Positions 61,812-64,000 of a stretch of DNA of 64,000 nucleotides are shown here, piece after piece. Below the pieces are notes generated by a model. It saw only the letters and a list, made by a program, of their open reading frames with translations, was not told the origin of the DNA and searched no databases. The stretch is from positions 1 to 64,000 of the IMG/VR virus record IMGVR_UViG_3300026522_000001. The stretch is one strand, 5' to 3'. Position 1 is the stretch's first letter. Each line of letters opens with the position of its first letter. This stretch comes from a virus. Both the position numbers and the translations under genes were made by a program.

Positions 61812-62495
61812 ATGAGAAAACAAGACAATGATTATATAGACTTAAAGAATATGAAAGAAAGAGATAGAATATTCCTAAAGTTCAATAAAGAACAAAAAGA
61901 AATGTTTAAGTCTATACAAGATAATATATTCACATTTGTAGAAGCAAAGTCAGGAACAGGAAAGACATTAGTCTCTATTTCTGCTATGATTGACCTTTTG
62001 GCAAACGACGAAATTAATAAGATTGTGTATTTCCAAAAAGTAAGTGACAGATACCTAGAGCATGGATTTTTAGCGGGAAGTTTAGAAGAAAAAACAAATA
62101 TGCTTTGGACTCCATTTTATGATGCAATGAATACTTTAGGATTTTTTGAAAGCACTATTCAACATCTTATTGATAAAGAAATTATTGTATTGACAACAGA
62201 TAGTGTTCTTAGAGGAGTTAATTTAGAGAAGTGTGGTGTTATTGCAGATGAGTGTGAAAACTGTGACACAGAAACACTAAGGCTTATTTTTACAAGATGT
62301 CATGATGATTGTCATATAGTAATGCTTGGTGATTCAATGCAAAAAGACAATGCACATAAAGATAATAAAGAGTTTGTTTACTATGGTGAATATCTTTCTA
62401 ATCAAGAATTTGGTGATAGATGCAAACTAACTAAGAATTATAGAGGTAAATTCAGTAAGTGTGCAGAAGATTTTATTTATAATTTTAAAGAATGA
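61812..62495 (+). CDS. PhoH-like ATPase
   Basis: 227 aa; Walker A EAKSGTGKT, Walker B VIADECEN, LGDSMQ. Confidence 0.75.
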   Translation: MRKQDNDYIDLKNMKERDRIFLKFNKEQKEMFKSIQDNIFTFVEAKSGTGKTLVSISAMIDLLANDEINKIVYFQKVSDRYLEHGFLAGSLEEKTNMLWTPFYDAMNTLGFFESTIQHLIDKEIIVLTTDSVLRGVNLEKCGVIADECENCDTETLRLIFTRCHDDCHIVMLGDSMQKDNAHKDNKEFVYYGEYLSNQEFGDRCKLTKNYRGKFSKCAEDFIYNFKE

Positions 62496-62509
62496 GATAA
62501 ATATAATAT

Positions 62510-62680
62510 ATGACATATACTAAATTAAAAAAAAATACTATTGATTCAGTCCTTGCAAATAATGCAATAACTGATAAATCTAGCAAAATTAGTCAATATA
62601 TTAAGTTAATGGAAGATTTTAGTAATAAATATGAAATTTACTTTTTAACTGTTATGGATAGTGATGGTGATACACATTGA
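62510..62680 (+). CDS. Possible 56-aa ORF (below the ORF-track cutoff)
   Basis: ATG at 62510; stop overlaps the TTG start of the next ORF (CATTGA). Confidence 0.35.
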   Translation: MTYTKLKKNTIDSVLANNAITDKSSKISQYIKLMEDFSNKYEIYFLTVMDSDGDTH

Positions 62681-63228
62681 GTACTGATAGTAGAGCTTTT
62701 TTTGAGCGAGAACTAAAGATTTTGGAGGATGAATCAGAAAAAGATGATAAGGCTATTTTTGATAAAACAGGCAAATATCCTTCTCCTTCTGCTTTGTCCG
62801 TCCAAAAGAAAGTTACAAATGCTATCTTAGAATTACATGATGTATTTGCTAAACAACATCATGATAATTTTAGTGCTAGTTATGTAATGGATTTATTTTA
62901 TAAACTTGTTCATTTTACACCTCTTTCGCCGCTTACTGGTAAAGATGAAGAATGGGAACCTGTAGATGGTATGGATAATACAGAATATAATACTAGATTT
63001 ACTGGTATTAGTCGTACTAATAAAGATAATAGTACTGCTATTTGGAATGATGGTATTCTATTTTGTGAACCAAATAATAATAATTGGTTTGGGGCTAAAG
63101 AATCAAGAGTAAACGTATCATTTCCTTTTTCTGATTTTGCGCGAAAGCTATATGTGTTGAAATATAAATGTGAAGATAAACCTATTGCAGACCAGCTTAA
63201 AGATGGAGATTATGAGGTTGTGAATTAA
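62677..63228 (+). CDS. Hypothetical protein
   Basis: 183-aa ORF with no recognised motif. Confidence 0.5.
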   Translation: MSTDSRAFFERELKILEDESEKDDKAIFDKTGKYPSPSALSVQKKVTNAILELHDVFAKQHHDNFSASYVMDLFYKLVHFTPLSPLTGKDEEWEPVDGMDNTEYNTRFTGISRTNKDNSTAIWNDGILFCEPNNNNWFGAKESRVNVSFPFSDFARKLYVLKYKCEDKPIADQLKDGDYEVVN

Positions 63229-63307
63229 TGTCAGTATCCCTACATAAAAACATCAAATTATTATCTATGCGTAAAAATTATCTGTGTGAACTAAGAAAGG
63301 TGGTGTA

Positions 63308-63529
63308 GTGGCGATTCCTCCCACGGGCTTGCCCGTGGGTTTCCTCGCCACAGATATTATGACTTATCGTATTACATTCACAAACGGCGAAGTAAAAGAA
63401 GTAGAGAGCGTTACAGACATTGTTTTAGACAAGGACGGTATGTGTAAGGTTTCTGTTGAATGGACTGAATCGGCATATCTTATTTTTCCTAAGTCTAAGA
63501 TTGAACTAATTGAACTTATTGAAGCGTAA
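63308..63529 (+). CDS. Hypothetical small protein (start ambiguous: GTG 63308 or ATG 63359)
   Basis: The first 15 codons (of 17 before the alternative ATG) are encoded by a GC-rich nested hairpin (63308-63351); AAAGGTGG SD before the GTG. Confidence 0.45.
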   Translation: MAIPPTGLPVGFLATDIMTYRITFTNGEVKEVESVTDIVLDKDGMCKVSVEWTESAYLIFPKSKIELIELIEA

Positions 63530-63536
63530 ATAAACG

Positions 63537-63560
63537 AGAGGAAAGCAATTTCCTCTTTTT
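63537..63560 (+). terminator. Intrinsic terminator
   Basis: agaggaaa-gcaa-tttcctct followed by TTTT. Confidence 0.7.
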
Positions 63561-63572
63561 GTGCATATATAT

Positions 63573-64000
63573 ATGAAAACAAAAAAGACAAAAGAAATAG
63601 AAAATTATTTATATCTGTTTTTACAGAGAAAAGGAACATTTTGTTGTCCAGAAGTAAAGATGGGTATGGGGAATACAGGTAAACATGGTATAGTAGACTA
63701 TCTTAGTCTAACAACTAAAGGTATAGTTACCTGTTATGAAATAAAGGTAACTAAAGAAGATTTAGTTAATAGTAGTCATGGTCATAATTTTTATGGTAAT
63801 TACAATTTCTATGTTATTCCAATAGGATTGTATTCAAAAATTAAAGACTTTGTGCCAAAATATGTTGGTGTAATAGGCTTTGATATAGATGGTCATGCTA
63901 AATACTTAAAAGAAGCAAAATTCCTTACTATAAGAAATCTTTCTAGTATTAAATTATACTTGATACGTTCTTTATATAGGGAATTTCAAAAAACGATGAA
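63573..64000 (+). CDS. PD-(D/E)xK nuclease-like protein (MmcB-like), 3' end beyond the window
   Basis: ATG at 63573 and open to the window end; GIVDYLSL...CYEIKVTKEDL gives a D...E.K signature. Confidence 0.5.
   Translation, partial: MKTKKTKEIENYLYLFLQRKGTFCCPEVKMGMGNTGKHGIVDYLSLTTKGIVTCYEIKVTKEDLVNSSHGHNFYGNYNFYVIPIGLYSKIKDFVPKYVGVIGFDIDGHAKYLKEAKFLTIRNLSSIKLYLIRSLYREFQKTM

Noticed and set aside
1-64000. Stop-codon reassignment (suppressor tRNAs) as seen in some AT-rich gut phages
   Set aside because: Very long ORFs (up to 2,777 aa) are intact under the standard code. None of the five tRNAs has a stop-complementary anticodon.
1-64000. Lysogeny module or integrase, and attP at the long hairpins
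   Set aside because: No integrase, recombinase or CI-like repressor motif was seen in any frame of this window. It may lie outside the window.

Overview
AT-rich tailed-phage genome segment, siphovirus-like, with a very long tape measure gene. Positions 83-58,009 form one leftward (minus-strand) block. In transcription order it holds small and large terminase, portal, scaffold, decoration protein, lambda-E-like major capsid, neck proteins, tail tube, a chaperone with a -1 frameshift and a 2,777-aa tape measure. These are followed by about 9 kb of paralogous large structural genes, GTA-like distal-tail and host-specificity genes, carbohydrate-binding-repeat fibres, a diversity-generating retroelement (DGR), a lysis cassette, VapD and an SNF2 helicase. 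A consensus promoter at 59,441 starts a rightward early block: RHH protein, metallophosphoesterase, HExxH protein, PhoH-like ATPase and a PD-(D/E)xK-like nuclease. Expression signals look Firmicutes-like, with many perfect TTGACA-N17-TATAAT promoters and GGAGG ribosome-binding sites. The structural block carries an unusual load of selfish or diversifying elements: (1) a DGR with no Avd gene, whose TR and VR differ at 14 positions, all TR adenines; (2) an IS605-family tnpB insertion between fibre genes, plus two tnpB-less, promoter-driven copies of the omega-RNA-like right end; (3) a group I (IC3-like) intron in the anticodon loop of a phage tRNA, inside a tRNA array next to a DUF2828/TROVE-like vWA gene; (4) two paralogous zinc-ribbon-array/Vsr-like nuclease genes flanking the tail-tube gene, plus an HNH-AP2 gene; (5) a stand-alone structured RNA locus of about 270 nt with its own promoter and terminator inside the tail module. 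The best candidates for something undescribed are the orphan promoter-driven omega-RNA-like units, the 32.7-33.0 kb RNA locus, and the tRNA/intron/TROVE-like neighbourhood. All homology calls come from motif recognition by eye, since no searches could be run.
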